Assembly (NCBI GenBank): GCA_964539305.1
Contig: CAZIIM010000003.1
Coordinates: 17,700 to 81,699, forward strand
Direction of reading: 5' to 3'
Length of the DNA: 64,000 bases
From: an uncultured bacterium
GTDB lineage: Bacteria > Fidelibacterota > Marinisomatia > Marinisomatales > TCS55
Below, piece by piece: positions 28,940-39,433 of the stretch (position 1 is its first letter; each line of letters begins with the position of its first letter). Position numbers and translations under genes: made by a program. A model generated the notes under the pieces. That model was not told the DNA's origin, searched no databases, and saw only the letters and a list, made by a program, of their open reading frames with translations.

Positions 28940-29374
28940 TCAGGAACCTTCTGCCGGAATGAAAACCATTTTTTTATGGGGAATACCAGCTTCATAAAAC
29001 TGGTCACCACGGACCTGGAATCCTAATCGCTCATAAAAGTGAATGACAGATTCCTGCGCATTCAGATAGATTTTCCCTTCGTCCTCCAACTCGTTTAAAA
29101 TATATTTTACCAGGGCTTTCCCCACACCCTTCCCCCGGTATTCTTTTAACACGGCGAAACGCTCCAGTTTCATTCCCTCATCAGTAAGACGCCAGCGGGC
29201 CGTTCCAACCGGTTTACCATTGATCAGCGCCAATATGTGGGAAGCCTCCCGGTCGTGCTCATCCAGTTCAATGCGCTGGTCCACCTTTTGCTCATCCACA
29301 AATACCCGGAGCCGGATTTCATGAGCCTGTTCCAGTTCCTTTTCAGTTTTAATCTTTATTATTTGGAGTTCCAT
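28940..29374 (-). CDS. GNAT-family N-acetyltransferase
   Basis: YRGKGVGKALV acetyl-CoA-binding motif; 144 aa. Confidence 0.8.
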   Translation of the reverse strand: MELQIIKIKTEKELEQAHEIRLRVFVDEQKVDQRIELDEHDREASHILALINGKPVGTARWRLTDEGMKLERFAVLKEYRGKGVGKALVKYILNELEDEGKIYLNAQESVIHFYERLGFQVRGDQFYEAGIPHKKMVFIPAEGS

Positions 29375-29465
29375 CTGGAATGCATCATTTTTCTTTCCTT
29401 AGGAGTCTATATCAAAATGGCATTGAATTGGAAACAATTTATCCTGATTTACAGTAAATTTTTCC

Positions 29466-29846
29466 ATGAAACGGGGTCATAAACAAATATTGGTCGTTGG
29501 AGATCGCATCCTCATCCGGCCGGATAAGGGGGAGAAGAAATCCAAAGCCGGTCTCTATTTACCCCCCAGTGTTATTGAAAAGCAGGAAGTCCGGAGCGGC
29601 GTGGTGGTGGAGGTGGGACCCGGCATACCAATGGGCAACCCGGGTGACCAGGCTGAGGAACCCTGGGAGCAGGAGGAAAAGACTCCCGTGAAATACATCC
29701 CTCCCCAGGCTGAAATTGGTGACCTGGCCCTTTTTCTGAATAAAGCTGCAATTGAAATCAAAATCGAAAATCAGGACTATTTAATTGTCCCCCAATCCGC
29801 CATTCTGATTCTCATCCCGGATGACCTGAATGAATTGGCAGAGTAG
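29466..29846 (+). CDS. GroES/Cpn10-like protein with an internal acidic insertion (orphan, no groEL nearby)
   Basis: ILVVGDRILIRP...KSKAGLYLPPSV...SGVVVEVGPG...GDLALF...DYLIVPQSAILILI follows the GroES pattern. About 25 extra residues (NPGDQAEEPWEQEEKTPVKYIPP) sit in the middle. Confidence 0.55.
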   Translation: MKRGHKQILVVGDRILIRPDKGEKKSKAGLYLPPSVIEKQEVRSGVVVEVGPGIPMGNPGDQAEEPWEQEEKTPVKYIPPQAEIGDLALFLNKAAIEIKIENQDYLIVPQSAILILIPDDLNELAE

Positions 29847-29852
29847 AACTTT

Positions 29853-30527
29853 TCAGGGCCGGGGTCCTTCCCAGACCATGGGATAAATCGCTTCACCAAA
29901 TAGACCCACCCCCTGACGATAGAATAGCTTTAGATCGTCCTGATTAAAAGGGGCTTCCGGCGTATTTCCTTTATTCAGGTTTCCAAAATAATTACTACCA
30001 TAGGCCTGGATCGAGCGCTGATCCCTAACCAGCCGGACCGGGTGAACATCCGCTTTCAGGGCTGCAATTATATCTGTGTCCGAGTCACCGTAATAGAGAT
30101 CCAGGGCCAACTTTTTCAAAACACGTTGCTTGGTTGTGTAACGTTTTCCATTGATGGTTTCCTTTGGTGAAAAAAACAAATTCTCACCTGCAACCACCGG
30201 AATATTGAATTTTTCCCCCAAAAAGGCAGCCAGTGTATCTCCATGATCCTGTTTTCGGGCAGTAATGAAGTAAACTTCATGCCCGTTGGCAATGAAATAA
30301 TTTACCAGGGTCACCGTTGGAGTAATCCATTCCGAATATTTCTTGTCATGAGTGTTGATCCAGCCATAGTCCAGATGTCCCTCCTGATCCCGCGGTGCCG
30401 CCTGAAACATGGGCTCGGAATAAAGCAGGGAATCGTCAATATCAAAACCTACTTTTAAAATGCCGTCCTGGGCTAAAGCGGGAATCAGTAAAAAGCTGTA
30501 AAAAAGGGTTAACATCAGTTTATGCAT
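29853..30527 (-). CDS. Class B acid phosphatase (AphA-like, HAD superfamily), secreted
   Basis: Signal peptide, then the GFDIDDSLLYS and YGDSDTDI motifs of the DDDD class B phosphatases. Confidence 0.7.
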   Translation of the reverse strand: MHKLMLTLFYSFLLIPALAQDGILKVGFDIDDSLLYSEPMFQAAPRDQEGHLDYGWINTHDKKYSEWITPTVTLVNYFIANGHEVYFITARKQDHGDTLAAFLGEKFNIPVVAGENLFFSPKETINGKRYTTKQRVLKKLALDLYYGDSDTDIIAALKADVHPVRLVRDQRSIQAYGSNYFGNLNKGNTPEAPFNQDDLKLFYRQGVGLFGEAIYPMVWEGPRP

Positions 30528-30594
30528 CTTATTTTCCTTTGATTGGTTCCACCATGGAATTTACCGATGACAAGATTCCAATGTAAGTTCCCAT

Positions 30595-31725
30595 ATGAAC
30601 CGGGCCGGTATTTACCTCCACATCCCCTTCTGTAAAGCTAAATGTAACTACTGCGATTTTTACTCCGTCGCCGGTCAGGAGGCACTCATCCCCTCCTTCG
30701 TGAATGCCTTGATTCAGGAAATCAAACTCTGCGATATCGATCCAAGCGGATGGATTCTGGATTCACTGTTTTTGGGGGGCGGAACTCCCAGTATCCTGGA
30801 TCCGGACCAACTGGAAGCGATTCTAAATACGCTGGAGGCTGTTTTCGGTCTTTCGGCGGTGGAGGAAATGACATTGGAAGCCAATCCGGGAGAAATCAAC
30901 CTTGACAAATTGCGCGCTTTCCACTCCATAGGGGTAAATCGGCTCTCCCTGGGCGGGCAATCCCTGGAACCGGATCTCCTGAACTTTTTAACGCGAATTC
31001 ATTCGGCAGATCAGGTCTTGGCATCCATCGAGGACGCCCGGAAAGCGGGCTTCACCAATGTGAACTGCGATCTCATATTCAATATACCGGGGCAATCCTT
31101 CAATACCTGGAAACGGGACCTGGAAACCTTAATCCGGATGGATTTGGAGCATCTCTCCTGTTACTCCCTCACCGTAGAGGCTGGAACCCCACTCTATCAG
31201 CAGGTGAAAACCGGGACGGTTACCATGCCCGATAGCGACCGGAGCGCCGCCTGGTATTACTGGACTCAACAGCGACTGGAGGCTGCCGGTTTCGAACAGT
31301 ATGAAATATCCAACTGGGCGAAACCGGGGTTCAGATGTCGGCAAAATCTTCACTACTGGCGGATTGAACCCTATCTTGGGTTTGGCCCTTCTGCCCACGG
31401 GTTCGATGGAAAACGACGTTACAGTAACGACCGAAGCGTCAACCAGTATATTGAAGTGATCAACCAGGGCAAACTCCCCAGAGAGGCCATTCAGACCAAT
31501 TCAGAGCTGGATTACACGAATGAACTGGTTGGATTCGGCTTACGAACTGCCGATGGGATCCAACTTCAAAAAATCCCCAGACCCTTTCAATCCAGGATCA
31601 GACATTTGTACCAAACGAAAGAAGAGAAATGGGGCTCCTACTGTAAAATGAATGCCGAGCGGATCTGGCTTACACCGGAGGGGTTTGCCTTTGCGGATGA
31701 AATAGCCGTGGACTTGATAGTTTAG
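30595..31725 (+). CDS. hemW: Radical SAM family haem chaperone HemW (HemN-like, oxygen-independent coproporphyrinogen oxidase-like)
   Basis: YLHIPFCKAKCNYCDF CX3CX2C cluster motif; 376 aa. Confidence 0.8.
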   Translation: MNRAGIYLHIPFCKAKCNYCDFYSVAGQEALIPSFVNALIQEIKLCDIDPSGWILDSLFLGGGTPSILDPDQLEAILNTLEAVFGLSAVEEMTLEANPGEINLDKLRAFHSIGVNRLSLGGQSLEPDLLNFLTRIHSADQVLASIEDARKAGFTNVNCDLIFNIPGQSFNTWKRDLETLIRMDLEHLSCYSLTVEAGTPLYQQVKTGTVTMPDSDRSAAWYYWTQQRLEAAGFEQYEISNWAKPGFRCRQNLHYWRIEPYLGFGPSAHGFDGKRRYSNDRSVNQYIEVINQGKLPREAIQTNSELDYTNELVGFGLRTADGIQLQKIPRPFQSRIRHLYQTKEEKWGSYCKMNAERIWLTPEGFAFADEIAVDLIV

Positions 31726-31743
31726 TTCCGGTCCGCAGGCCAA

Positions 31744-32514
31744 TCAATAGGTAAAGTGCTTGATGGGCTCTCCCTCTTCACCGATCCCCGTCATGGCTTC
31801 AATACCAAGGCTCAGGTGCAGATCCACATATTTCCGGGTGACATCCTTATCCGATTCCTCCGTCTTCACTCCTTCCGGCGTCATGGGTGTATCAGATACA
31901 AGCAGAAGAGCTCCGCGGTCGATCCCATTGGCAAATCCAACAATAAACAGAGTGGCCGTTTCCATATCGATGCCGATGGCACGAATCTGTCGTAAATACT
32001 GCTTAAAGGATTCATCGTATTCCCATACCCGGCGATTCGTGGTGTAGATAACCCCCGTCCGATACTCCAGACCATGATTCACCAGTAAATGTGAAACATA
32101 TTTGTGTAACTTAAATGAAGGCATGGCAGGCACTTCTTTCGGAAAATAATCGTCACTGGTTCCCTCTCCCCGGATGGCAGCAATCGGCAGGATGAAGTGA
32201 CCGAGCTCGGTCGATTTTTTCAATCCACCGCATTTCCCCAGAAAAAGGACACCTTTGGGCTGGACACCCGACAGGAGATCCATAATCGTGGCCGCATTAG
32301 AACTCCCCATTCCGAAATTAATGATACTCAGATTATCCTTGTTCGTGGCGGAAGTCATGGGTCCCCCGACTCCTTTGATGGGGACGTTAAACCGTTTGGC
32401 AAATTTCTCTACATAATTCTGGAAGTTGGTTAACAGAATCCATTCCCCGAATTCCTCCACTGCCGTCCCGGTATACCGTTTAATCCAGTGCTGAACAATA
32501 TCGACCTTTTCCAT
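31744..32514 (-). CDS. Short AMP nucleosidase-like / PNP-UDP family phosphorylase
   Basis: PNP_UDP_1-like core (GKCGGL, IGIDMETAT). The start MEKVDIVQHWIKRYTG at 32514 overlaps the xth stop by 1 nt (TAATG). The 32553 start is the longer alternative. Confidence 0.6.
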   Translation of the reverse strand: MEKVDIVQHWIKRYTGTAVEEFGEWILLTNFQNYVEKFAKRFNVPIKGVGGPMTSATNKDNLSIINFGMGSSNAATIMDLLSGVQPKGVLFLGKCGGLKKSTELGHFILPIAAIRGEGTSDDYFPKEVPAMPSFKLHKYVSHLLVNHGLEYRTGVIYTTNRRVWEYDESFKQYLRQIRAIGIDMETATLFIVGFANGIDRGALLLVSDTPMTPEGVKTEESDKDVTRKYVDLHLSLGIEAMTGIGEEGEPIKHFTY

Positions 32515-33287
32515 TAAAGTGTCTCCTCTTTCAGGGTCAGAGATATGGGACAATGATCTGAACCCATCACATCATCGTGAATGTCCGCATCCTCGACCTG
32601 ATCTAAAAAAGCTTCATTCACAAAAAAGTAGTCAATCCGCCACCCCACATTTCTGGAGCGGGCTCCGAATCGGTACGTCCACCAGGAGTACCGTTCCGGT
32701 TCGGGATGAAAATAACGAAAGGTGTCCACCCAGCCGTTTGCCACATAGCGGTCCAGTTTTTCCCGCTCAACCGGCATGAATCCGGAGGTATTCACGTTTT
32801 CCTTGGGTCGGGCCAGGTCAATCTCATGATGCGCCGTATTCCAGTCCCCGGCCACGATCACATTCTGACCCGATTCCACCTGCTCATTGATGATGGGTAA
32901 CAGGGCATCGTAAAAATCCAGTTTATATTTCAAACGGTGTTCATCTTTCTGGCCGTTTGGGAAATAAATATTGTAGAGCAGGAATTGATCGTGTTCCGTA
33001 ATCAAAACGCGGCCTTCTTCATCAAACTGTTCAATTCCGATCCCCTTTTGAACGAAATGGGGTTCTTCACGGCAGAAGGTGGCCACACCACTGTAACCGG
33101 GGCGTTGGGCTGAGTTCCAGTAGGCATAATACCCATGGTCTTTGAGAAGAGCAGGAGAAAGCTGGTTTTCCTGGGCTTTTGTCTCTTGCAGGCAGAGAAT
33201 ATCCGGCTGTGTCTCTTCCAGCCAGGTGAGAAAACCTTTTTTCTCTGCCGCCCGGATCCCGTTCACATTCCACGAATAAAGCTTCAT
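32514..33287 (-). CDS. xth: Exodeoxyribonuclease III
   Basis: MKLYSWNVNGIRAA...LCLQETK...SDHCPI motifs. The ATG at 33287 is preceded by GGAG. A GTG at 33293 is the alternative start. Confidence 0.85.
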   Translation of the reverse strand: MKLYSWNVNGIRAAEKKGFLTWLEETQPDILCLQETKAQENQLSPALLKDHGYYAYWNSAQRPGYSGVATFCREEPHFVQKGIGIEQFDEEGRVLITEHDQFLLYNIYFPNGQKDEHRLKYKLDFYDALLPIINEQVESGQNVIVAGDWNTAHHEIDLARPKENVNTSGFMPVEREKLDRYVANGWVDTFRYFHPEPERYSWWTYRFGARSRNVGWRIDYFFVNEAFLDQVEDADIHDDVMGSDHCPISLTLKEETL

Positions 33288-33486
33288 ATTCACTCCAAAT
33301 GATAACGTTGAAATTGGGGAAAAATGTAGACATTCAAAAGGATCACCTCCGAGTGAAGTTTAAAAAGTATCTTGAACATCCGATGACGCGCCCTTCAAAA
33401 TAAAGAATATTAAATTGTGCCCCTAAGCTCCCACTCCGTAAATTTCGGTCAAAGTTCATTCTAAGAAAGCTGAACCAACCAATTCA

Positions 33487-34512
33487 ATGAAGGCCCTTGT
33501 CAAAACCGTTCCCGAACCTGGCTTATGGATGGAAGATATGCCTGTTCCTGAATTGGGGACGAATGACGTCAAAATCAGAATCTCCAAAACAGCAATTTGT
33601 GGGACCGATCTGCACATTTACACCTGGGACGATTGGGCTCAAAGCACAATCCAGACCCCGTTGATCATTGGCCACGAATTTATGGGGAAAGTGGTTGCGG
33701 TTGGTCCTGGTGTTTCCCATTTCAAGCCGGGAGACCGGGTTTCAGGTGAAGGGCATATCACCTGCGGATACTGTCGGAACTGCCGGGCGGGAAAACGTCA
33801 CCTTTGTCACAAGGCCAGGGGAATTGGTGTCAACCGGGACGGAGCCTTCGCAGAATACCTGATCCTGCCGGAGCGGAACGTATGGCCGGTTCACCCCCAT
33901 ATTCCGGATGAAATTGCCGCTTTTTTCGATCCCCTGGGTAACGCCACCCATTGTGCCCTCAGTTTTGAAATGGTGGCAGAGGATGTCCTCATTACCGGCG
34001 CGGGACCCATCGGCTTGATGGCCATCCCTATTTGTAATTTCGTAGGTGCCCGGCACGTGGTCATTACCGACGTAAACGACTACCGCCTGAACCTGGCCCT
34101 TAAAATGGGTGCAACCCGCACCGTGAATGTTTCCAAGGAAAAAATTAAGGACGTATTTCCAGAACTGAACATGTCTAATGGCTTTGACCGGGGACTGGAA
34201 ATGTCGGGGAATCCCCAAGCCTTTAATGAAATGATCCAGGTCATGTACCACGGGGGTCACATTGCCCTGTTAGGTTTGCTGCCACAGGAGACCCTGATTG
34301 ATTGGAACCAGGTCATTTTTAAAGGCTTGCACATTAAAGGCATCTATGGCCGGGAGATGTTCGAAACCTGGTACAAGATGAGTCAAATGCTTCAAAGCGG
34401 TCTGGATGTAAGTCCGGTGATTACACACCGCTTTAAGGTGGATGAATTCAAACAGGCTTTCGACGTAATGGAATCGGGACAATGTGGAAAAGTCATTCTG
34501 GAGTGGGACTGA
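33487..34512 (+). CDS. tdh: L-threonine 3-dehydrogenase
   Basis: Zn-ADH motifs CGTDLH and [12 protein letters not shown], the structural-Zn cysteines CGYCRNC, and adjacency to kbl. Confidence 0.85.
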   Translation: MKALVKTVPEPGLWMEDMPVPELGTNDVKIRISKTAICGTDLHIYTWDDWAQSTIQTPLIIGHEFMGKVVAVGPGVSHFKPGDRVSGEGHITCGYCRNCRAGKRHLCHKARGIGVNRDGAFAEYLILPERNVWPVHPHIPDEIAAFFDPLGNATHCALSFEMVAEDVLITGAGPIGLMAIPICNFVGARHVVITDVNDYRLNLALKMGATRTVNVSKEKIKDVFPELNMSNGFDRGLEMSGNPQAFNEMIQVMYHGGHIALLGLLPQETLIDWNQVIFKGLHIKGIYGREMFETWYKMSQMLQSGLDVSPVITHRFKVDEFKQAFDVMESGQCGKVILEWD

Positions 34513-34570
34513 AATCCCGATCTCACCACTTCCTGAATATCGCTGTTCAATCCAATTGATGAGATGAATC

Positions 34571-35758
34571 ATGACTAAAGCAGTTTCCATTTATCAAAAG
34601 ACATTGAAAGAAATTGAGGCCGAAGGTCTTTTAAAACAGGAACGCACCATTACCACTCCTCAAGGGGTGGCTATTTCCACCCTGGAGGGCGGAGAAGTCC
34701 TGAATTTCTGTGCCAACAATTACCTGGGTTTGGCCAATGATCCACGGATCAAAGCCGCTGCCCAGGAAGCGCTGGAGCACTACGGATTCGGGATGGCTTC
34801 CGTCCGGTTCATTTGCGGAACCCAGGACCTCCATAAACAACTGGAGGAAAAAATCGCCCGTTTCTTCGGAACAGACGACGCTATCCTCTACACCTCCTGT
34901 TTTGATGCCAATGGAGGATTATTTGAAACCCTGTTAGGCCCAGAGGACGCCATAATTTCAGATGCCTTAAATCATGCCTCCATCATTGATGGAGTGCGCC
35001 TTTGTAAAGCGCGACGTTATCGATTTGCCAACAGTGACATGGAAGATCTGGAAAAACAACTGCAACAGGCTCAGGATGCACGCCTTCGGCTGATTGCCAC
35101 CGATGGGGTATTCTCCATGGATGGGTTTATTGCCAAGCTGGATCACATTACGAAGCTGGCGCAACAATACGATGCCCTGGTGATGGTGGATGATTCACAC
35201 GCCACAGGCTTTGTGGGAGCCACCGGTCGCGGTTCCGGGGAATACCATGGCGTCCTGGATAAAATCGATATTATTACTTCCACCCTGGGCAAGGCTTTGG
35301 GCGGCGCTTCTGGAGGCTTTACCACCGGTCGCCAGGAAATTATTGATCTTCTCCGGCAGCGTTCCCGCCCTTATCTGTTTTCCAACACCCTGGCGCCTGC
35401 CATCGTGGCAGCCGGGATTAAGGTATTTGACATCCTTTCCTCCACGACTGAATTGCGGGATAAACTGGAGCAGAATACAACCTACTTCCGGGAACAAATG
35501 ACCCGTGCAGGGTTTGACATTAAACCGGGGGATCATCCCATCGTTCCCATTATGCTTTACGATGCTGTCCTGGCTCAGAAAATGGCGGCGGCCCTGTTAA
35601 AAGAAGGCATCTACGTGATTGGTTTCTTTTATCCCGTTGTCCCGAAAGGGGCGGCCCGTATCCGGGTTCAAATTTCGGCTGCCATGTTCCGGGAACACCT
35701 GGACCGTGCCATTGAAGCATTCACAAAAGTCGGAAAACAACTGGGCGTTATTGCCTAG
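34571..35758 (+). CDS. kbl: 2-amino-3-ketobutyrate CoA ligase (glycine C-acetyltransferase)
   Basis: PLP-lysine context [17 protein letters not shown], and a tdh-kbl operon arrangement. Confidence 0.85.
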   Translation: MTKAVSIYQKTLKEIEAEGLLKQERTITTPQGVAISTLEGGEVLNFCANNYLGLANDPRIKAAAQEALEHYGFGMASVRFICGTQDLHKQLEEKIARFFGTDDAILYTSCFDANGGLFETLLGPEDAIISDALNHASIIDGVRLCKARRYRFANSDMEDLEKQLQQAQDARLRLIATDGVFSMDGFIAKLDHITKLAQQYDALVMVDDSHATGFVGATGRGSGEYHGVLDKIDIITSTLGKALGGASGGFTTGRQEIIDLLRQRSRPYLFSNTLAPAIVAAGIKVFDILSSTTELRDKLEQNTTYFREQMTRAGFDIKPGDHPIVPIMLYDAVLAQKMAAALLKEGIYVIGFFYPVVPKGAARIRVQISAAMFREHLDRAIEAFTKVGKQLGVIA

Positions 35759-35798
35759 TTACCTGAAATCATCCAACTGTAAAAACAAGGAGTCCCTC

Positions 35799-36395
35799 TT
35801 GAAAGCTTCCCTTATTAAACCATCCATCATTGCCATATTGGCCTTTTTATTCCTGAAACCGATATCGGCCCAAACCACCGGCCCCCATGCCGGTGTATTC
35901 ATCCACGAAAATATGATTAATGCTTTCCTCCAGTCGATCGGCCCCGTATCCGGCGAAGGGAAAAAGAAAAAGACCCATTACAAGTGGACCGTCATGAATC
36001 CGCGGGTAGATATTGAACCGGGCGAGGCGATTTTTCTGGCCAAAGTCCATATTAAGGCAGGCGCTTTTGAAGCAGACCGGCAGGCCCGCGGGAATATGGA
36101 AATCCGTTATCTCCAGGAAGAAAATAAAATCAAAATCACGGTCAAAGAAGCCAAGGTGAAACTTTATTTTAAACTCCTGGGGAAGAAGATCCCCATTGGC
36201 ACGATCAATGTAGCTGCTTTTTATCGTCCTTCTTTTGAATTCCCAGGACCCCAACCGATCCAGAAGACAATTGATGTGGATTTACCCGACGGCACTAAAA
36301 AAACCATTGCACTCACCACCAAGGAAGAAAATCTGGTCATCGAAAAAGACCGTATTTCTGTTTATTCCAATCTGGAATTCACGCCTCAAAGCTAG
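35799..36395 (+). CDS. Secreted hypothetical protein
   Basis: A TTG start 6 nt after AGGAG gives a signal peptide (KASLIKPSIIAILAFLFLKPISAQ). The listed 35619 start lies inside kbl. Confidence 0.45.
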   Translation: MKASLIKPSIIAILAFLFLKPISAQTTGPHAGVFIHENMINAFLQSIGPVSGEGKKKKTHYKWTVMNPRVDIEPGEAIFLAKVHIKAGAFEADRQARGNMEIRYLQEENKIKITVKEAKVKLYFKLLGKKIPIGTINVAAFYRPSFEFPGPQPIQKTIDVDLPDGTKKTIALTTKEENLVIEKDRISVYSNLEFTPQS

Positions 36396-36532
36396 AATAA
36401 AACAAGCTTCCCATGATTCCTGAACGATTCGAAGATAATTTTCAGGTCCAATGGTTCAGGTTTCAATTGCCTGCCTTTCGAACAGCAGGGTATATTCCTC
36501 GGCTTTTTTAACCGCATTAATTTTGAATATCA

Positions 36533-38449
36533 ATGAAAAATAAACTCACCCCGCGTTTTTTAATTATCGCCCTGGTCATCATCTGGGCGATTTATGCTCT
36601 CTGGCCCACCGTTCGGTTCCAGACCCTTTCTGAAGCAGAAAAGGAAACGTTACGAACCGAAGGGAAACTGGACAAACTGGAAGCCCGGACCATCAAACAG
36701 GGTCTGGACCTTAAGGGCGGTATGTTTATTGTTCTGGAAGTGAACCTGCCGACTCTAATGAGTAATCTGGCGGTCAACAAGGATCTCAAATTCGAGCGTG
36801 CCCTGCGGACTGTCCAGGATCAGTTAAAAGCCGATCCAAAAGCAGATTTCTTTTCCCTCTTCGCCCAGACGGTGGAAAACCAGCATTTAAAACTTTCCCG
36901 TTACTATTATGAATTGGGTTCCGACAGTAAACAGATCCTCTCCAGCCTGAAGAAGGAAGCCGATGACGCCATAGACCGGGTGCTGGAAATTCTCCAGAAT
37001 CGAGTCGACCAGTTTGGTGTCTCGGAACCGACCATTCAGAAACAGGGGAATCAGCGCATTATTGTGGAGCTGGCTGGTGTCCAGGATCCTGAACGGGCCC
37101 GGGCTCTTTTGGAAAGCACGGCCCTGCTTGAATTCTATATTGTAAAAGATCCGGAGGTGACCAACAGCATGCTCCTGCGGATTGACCAGGTATTAAAAGG
37201 GAATGATGATCTGGCAGAGGTTACGAAAGACACGACATTGGAAGTTCAGACACCGGAAGAAGAAGCTCCTGTCAGTGAAGATAAAACCGTTTCTGTCAGT
37301 GAACTGTTCGGCGAAACGGAAGCGGAAGCAGTTCCGGCTGAAGCGGATACGGCAGTAGTGGACGAGCGTCTGTTTAAAGAACGACCGTTTTCCTCCCTGT
37401 TGCGCAATCTGGGACAGAATATTGGTGTACCGGAAAAGAATGTTTATGCCGTGAAAAAAATCCTGGAGCTGCCGGAAGTTCAGGAACGACTTGTGGCTGA
37501 CAATGGACAATTTCTTTTTAGCGACAAGGCCCAGGAATATTCACTGGTCGACGGGGGAACGGAAAAACTCTACATTCTCTATTACCTGGAGCGGAAAGCT
37601 GAGATTACGGGAGGTGTGATTGAGGATGCCACCGCCAATCTTGGTCAGCAGGGTTCCAGTGCTCTGGGTCAGCCGGTGGTGAACCTTTCCATGAATTCGG
37701 AAGGAGCCCGCAAGTGGGCCATTGTGACTGGCGCCAACGTGGGGAAAAAGGTGGCCATTGTGCTGGACAAGAAGGTCCACATGGCCCCCAACATCAAGGA
37801 AAAGATTCGTGGAGGCGGTACCTTGATTGAAGGGTTCGCCAATATGAACGAGGCGAAGGATATTGCCATTGTTCTACGGGCAGGTGCTCTCCCGGCCCCG
37901 GTAGACATCATTGAGGAACGGATCGTAGGTCCTTCTCTGGGAGCCGACTCGGTACGGAAAGGAACCTATTCGGTGGTGGTGGGTCTGGCCATGGTACTTC
38001 TGTTTATGCTGGTGTATTACAAGTGGTCCGGACTGGTGGCTGATTTTGCCCTGATCTGGAATATTGTCCTGGTGCTGGCGATTCTGGCTTCCCTCAGTGC
38101 CACCCTGACCCTGCCGGGCATTGCCGGACTGATTTTAACTGTTGGAATGTCCATCGATGCGAATGTAATCATTTTTGAGCGTATCCGGGAGGAACTGAAG
38201 AAAGGGAAAACACCGCGAGCGGCCGTAAATGCCGGGTATGACCGAGCCCTCACCACCATTGTGGATGCCAACATTACGACCGTAATTGCCGCTCTGGTTC
38301 TCTGGCAGTTTGGAACCGGACCGATCCGCGGTTTTGCCACTGTTTTGTTCTGGGGTATCGTGATTTCCATGTTCACTGCCATCTTTGTTACCAGAACCAT
38401 TTTTGCCTATTTCACGGGACGACAAACTTCAACCAAGCTGAGCATATGA
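36533..38449 (+). CDS. secD: Protein translocase subunit SecD
   Basis: 638 aa with a large periplasmic domain and a C-terminal 6-TM region. Overlaps secF by 4 nt. Confidence 0.85.
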   Translation: MKNKLTPRFLIIALVIIWAIYALWPTVRFQTLSEAEKETLRTEGKLDKLEARTIKQGLDLKGGMFIVLEVNLPTLMSNLAVNKDLKFERALRTVQDQLKADPKADFFSLFAQTVENQHLKLSRYYYELGSDSKQILSSLKKEADDAIDRVLEILQNRVDQFGVSEPTIQKQGNQRIIVELAGVQDPERARALLESTALLEFYIVKDPEVTNSMLLRIDQVLKGNDDLAEVTKDTTLEVQTPEEEAPVSEDKTVSVSELFGETEAEAVPAEADTAVVDERLFKERPFSSLLRNLGQNIGVPEKNVYAVKKILELPEVQERLVADNGQFLFSDKAQEYSLVDGGTEKLYILYYLERKAEITGGVIEDATANLGQQGSSALGQPVVNLSMNSEGARKWAIVTGANVGKKVAIVLDKKVHMAPNIKEKIRGGGTLIEGFANMNEAKDIAIVLRAGALPAPVDIIEERIVGPSLGADSVRKGTYSVVVGLAMVLLFMLVYYKWSGLVADFALIWNIVLVLAILASLSATLTLPGIAGLILTVGMSIDANVIIFERIREELKKGKTPRAAVNAGYDRALTTIVDANITTVIAALVLWQFGTGPIRGFATVLFWGIVISMFTAIFVTRTIFAYFTGRQTSTKLSI

Positions 38450-39378
38450 GACTTATTAAAGAAACACACATTAATTTTATGGGTCAGCGGACAACCGCAT
38501 TCATCCTTTCCGGATTATTGATCCTGGCCGGTGTCATTTCCCTGATTGTCAACGGTGGACCTAAACTGAGCATTGATTTTAAAGGGGGTACCCTGGTAGC
38601 GGTCCGCTTTACGGAACCGGTGGAGATCAACGACATTCGCCAGGCCCTGACCAACGTGGACCTGGAGGGTCAAACTTTCGATTTCAGCCGTGAAGAGATC
38701 AAACATTTTGGTGATCCTACCGAAATTTCGGTTCGGATTCCCCATCAGGAGGATGAACCGGAGAACTTTGCCAACAAAATCGTGGAGCACCTCTTTAAAT
38801 CCTTCCCGGGAAAAGTCCCGGAATCCACCTCCGATTTTATTCTCGATATTGAGCGGGTAGGACCAAAAATCGGTTCAGAGCTCAGCGGCAAGGCCTTCAT
38901 GGCCATCCTCTCTTCCCTCCTGCTGATTCTCCTGTATATTTCGGTGCGATTTGAATTCCGATTTGCCGTTGGCGCTATCGCCGCCCTAGTTCACGACGTC
39001 ATTATTACGCTGGGGATTTTTTCACTCCTGGGTTATGAAATCTCCCTCTCCATCATTGCCGCTTTTCTCACCATTGTGGGATATTCTCTCAACGACACCA
39101 TCGTCATTTTTGACCGGATCCGGGAGGACATGAAAATCAGTCGCCGATCATCCTTCGTGGAGGTGGTGAATAAAAGTATTAACGAATCTTTAAGCCGAAC
39201 CATTATTACGTCTCTCACCACCTTCCTGGTTGTGCTGGTCCTCTGGCTGGCAGGGGGAGAAGTGATCCACAACTTCGCCTTTGCCATGATCGTGGGAGTC
39301 ATTGTGGGAACGTATTCTTCCATTTTTATTGCCAGTCCCATCGTGGTGCAGTTTCAGAAATCGCTCCGTAAAAAATAA
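38446..39378 (+). CDS. secF: Protein translocase subunit SecF
   Basis: 310 aa with YSLNDTIVIFDRIRE and a TM-rich C-terminus, directly after secD. Confidence 0.85.
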   Translation: MRLIKETHINFMGQRTTAFILSGLLILAGVISLIVNGGPKLSIDFKGGTLVAVRFTEPVEINDIRQALTNVDLEGQTFDFSREEIKHFGDPTEISVRIPHQEDEPENFANKIVEHLFKSFPGKVPESTSDFILDIERVGPKIGSELSGKAFMAILSSLLLILLYISVRFEFRFAVGAIAALVHDVIITLGIFSLLGYEISLSIIAAFLTIVGYSLNDTIVIFDRIREDMKISRRSSFVEVVNKSINESLSRTIITSLTTFLVVLVLWLAGGEVIHNFAFAMIVGVIVGTYSSIFIASPIVVQFQKSLRKK

Positions 39379-39400
39379 CCGGGCTTATAATGCATATAAT

Positions 39401-39428
39401 AAAAAAGCCCCTGGACAGGGGCTTTTTT
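39401..39428. terminator. Bidirectional rho-independent terminator between convergent secF and the ABC-2 permease gene
   Basis: aaaaaaGCCCCTggacAGGGGCtttttt: a 6-bp GC stem flanked by an A-run and a T-run. Confidence 0.7.
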
Positions 39429-39433
39429 AAAAC

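Noticed and set aside
33742-34260. 172-aa minus-strand ORF within tdh. Similar antisense ORFs occur in the nagB-like gene (3642..4064), the GH3 fusion (7740..8216, 8667..9053), the TolB-like gene (47082..47615) and the Omp85 gene (47975..48499)
   Set aside because: All are antisense to genes with strong family motifs. They have no motifs of their own and are typical of mid-GC coding regions.
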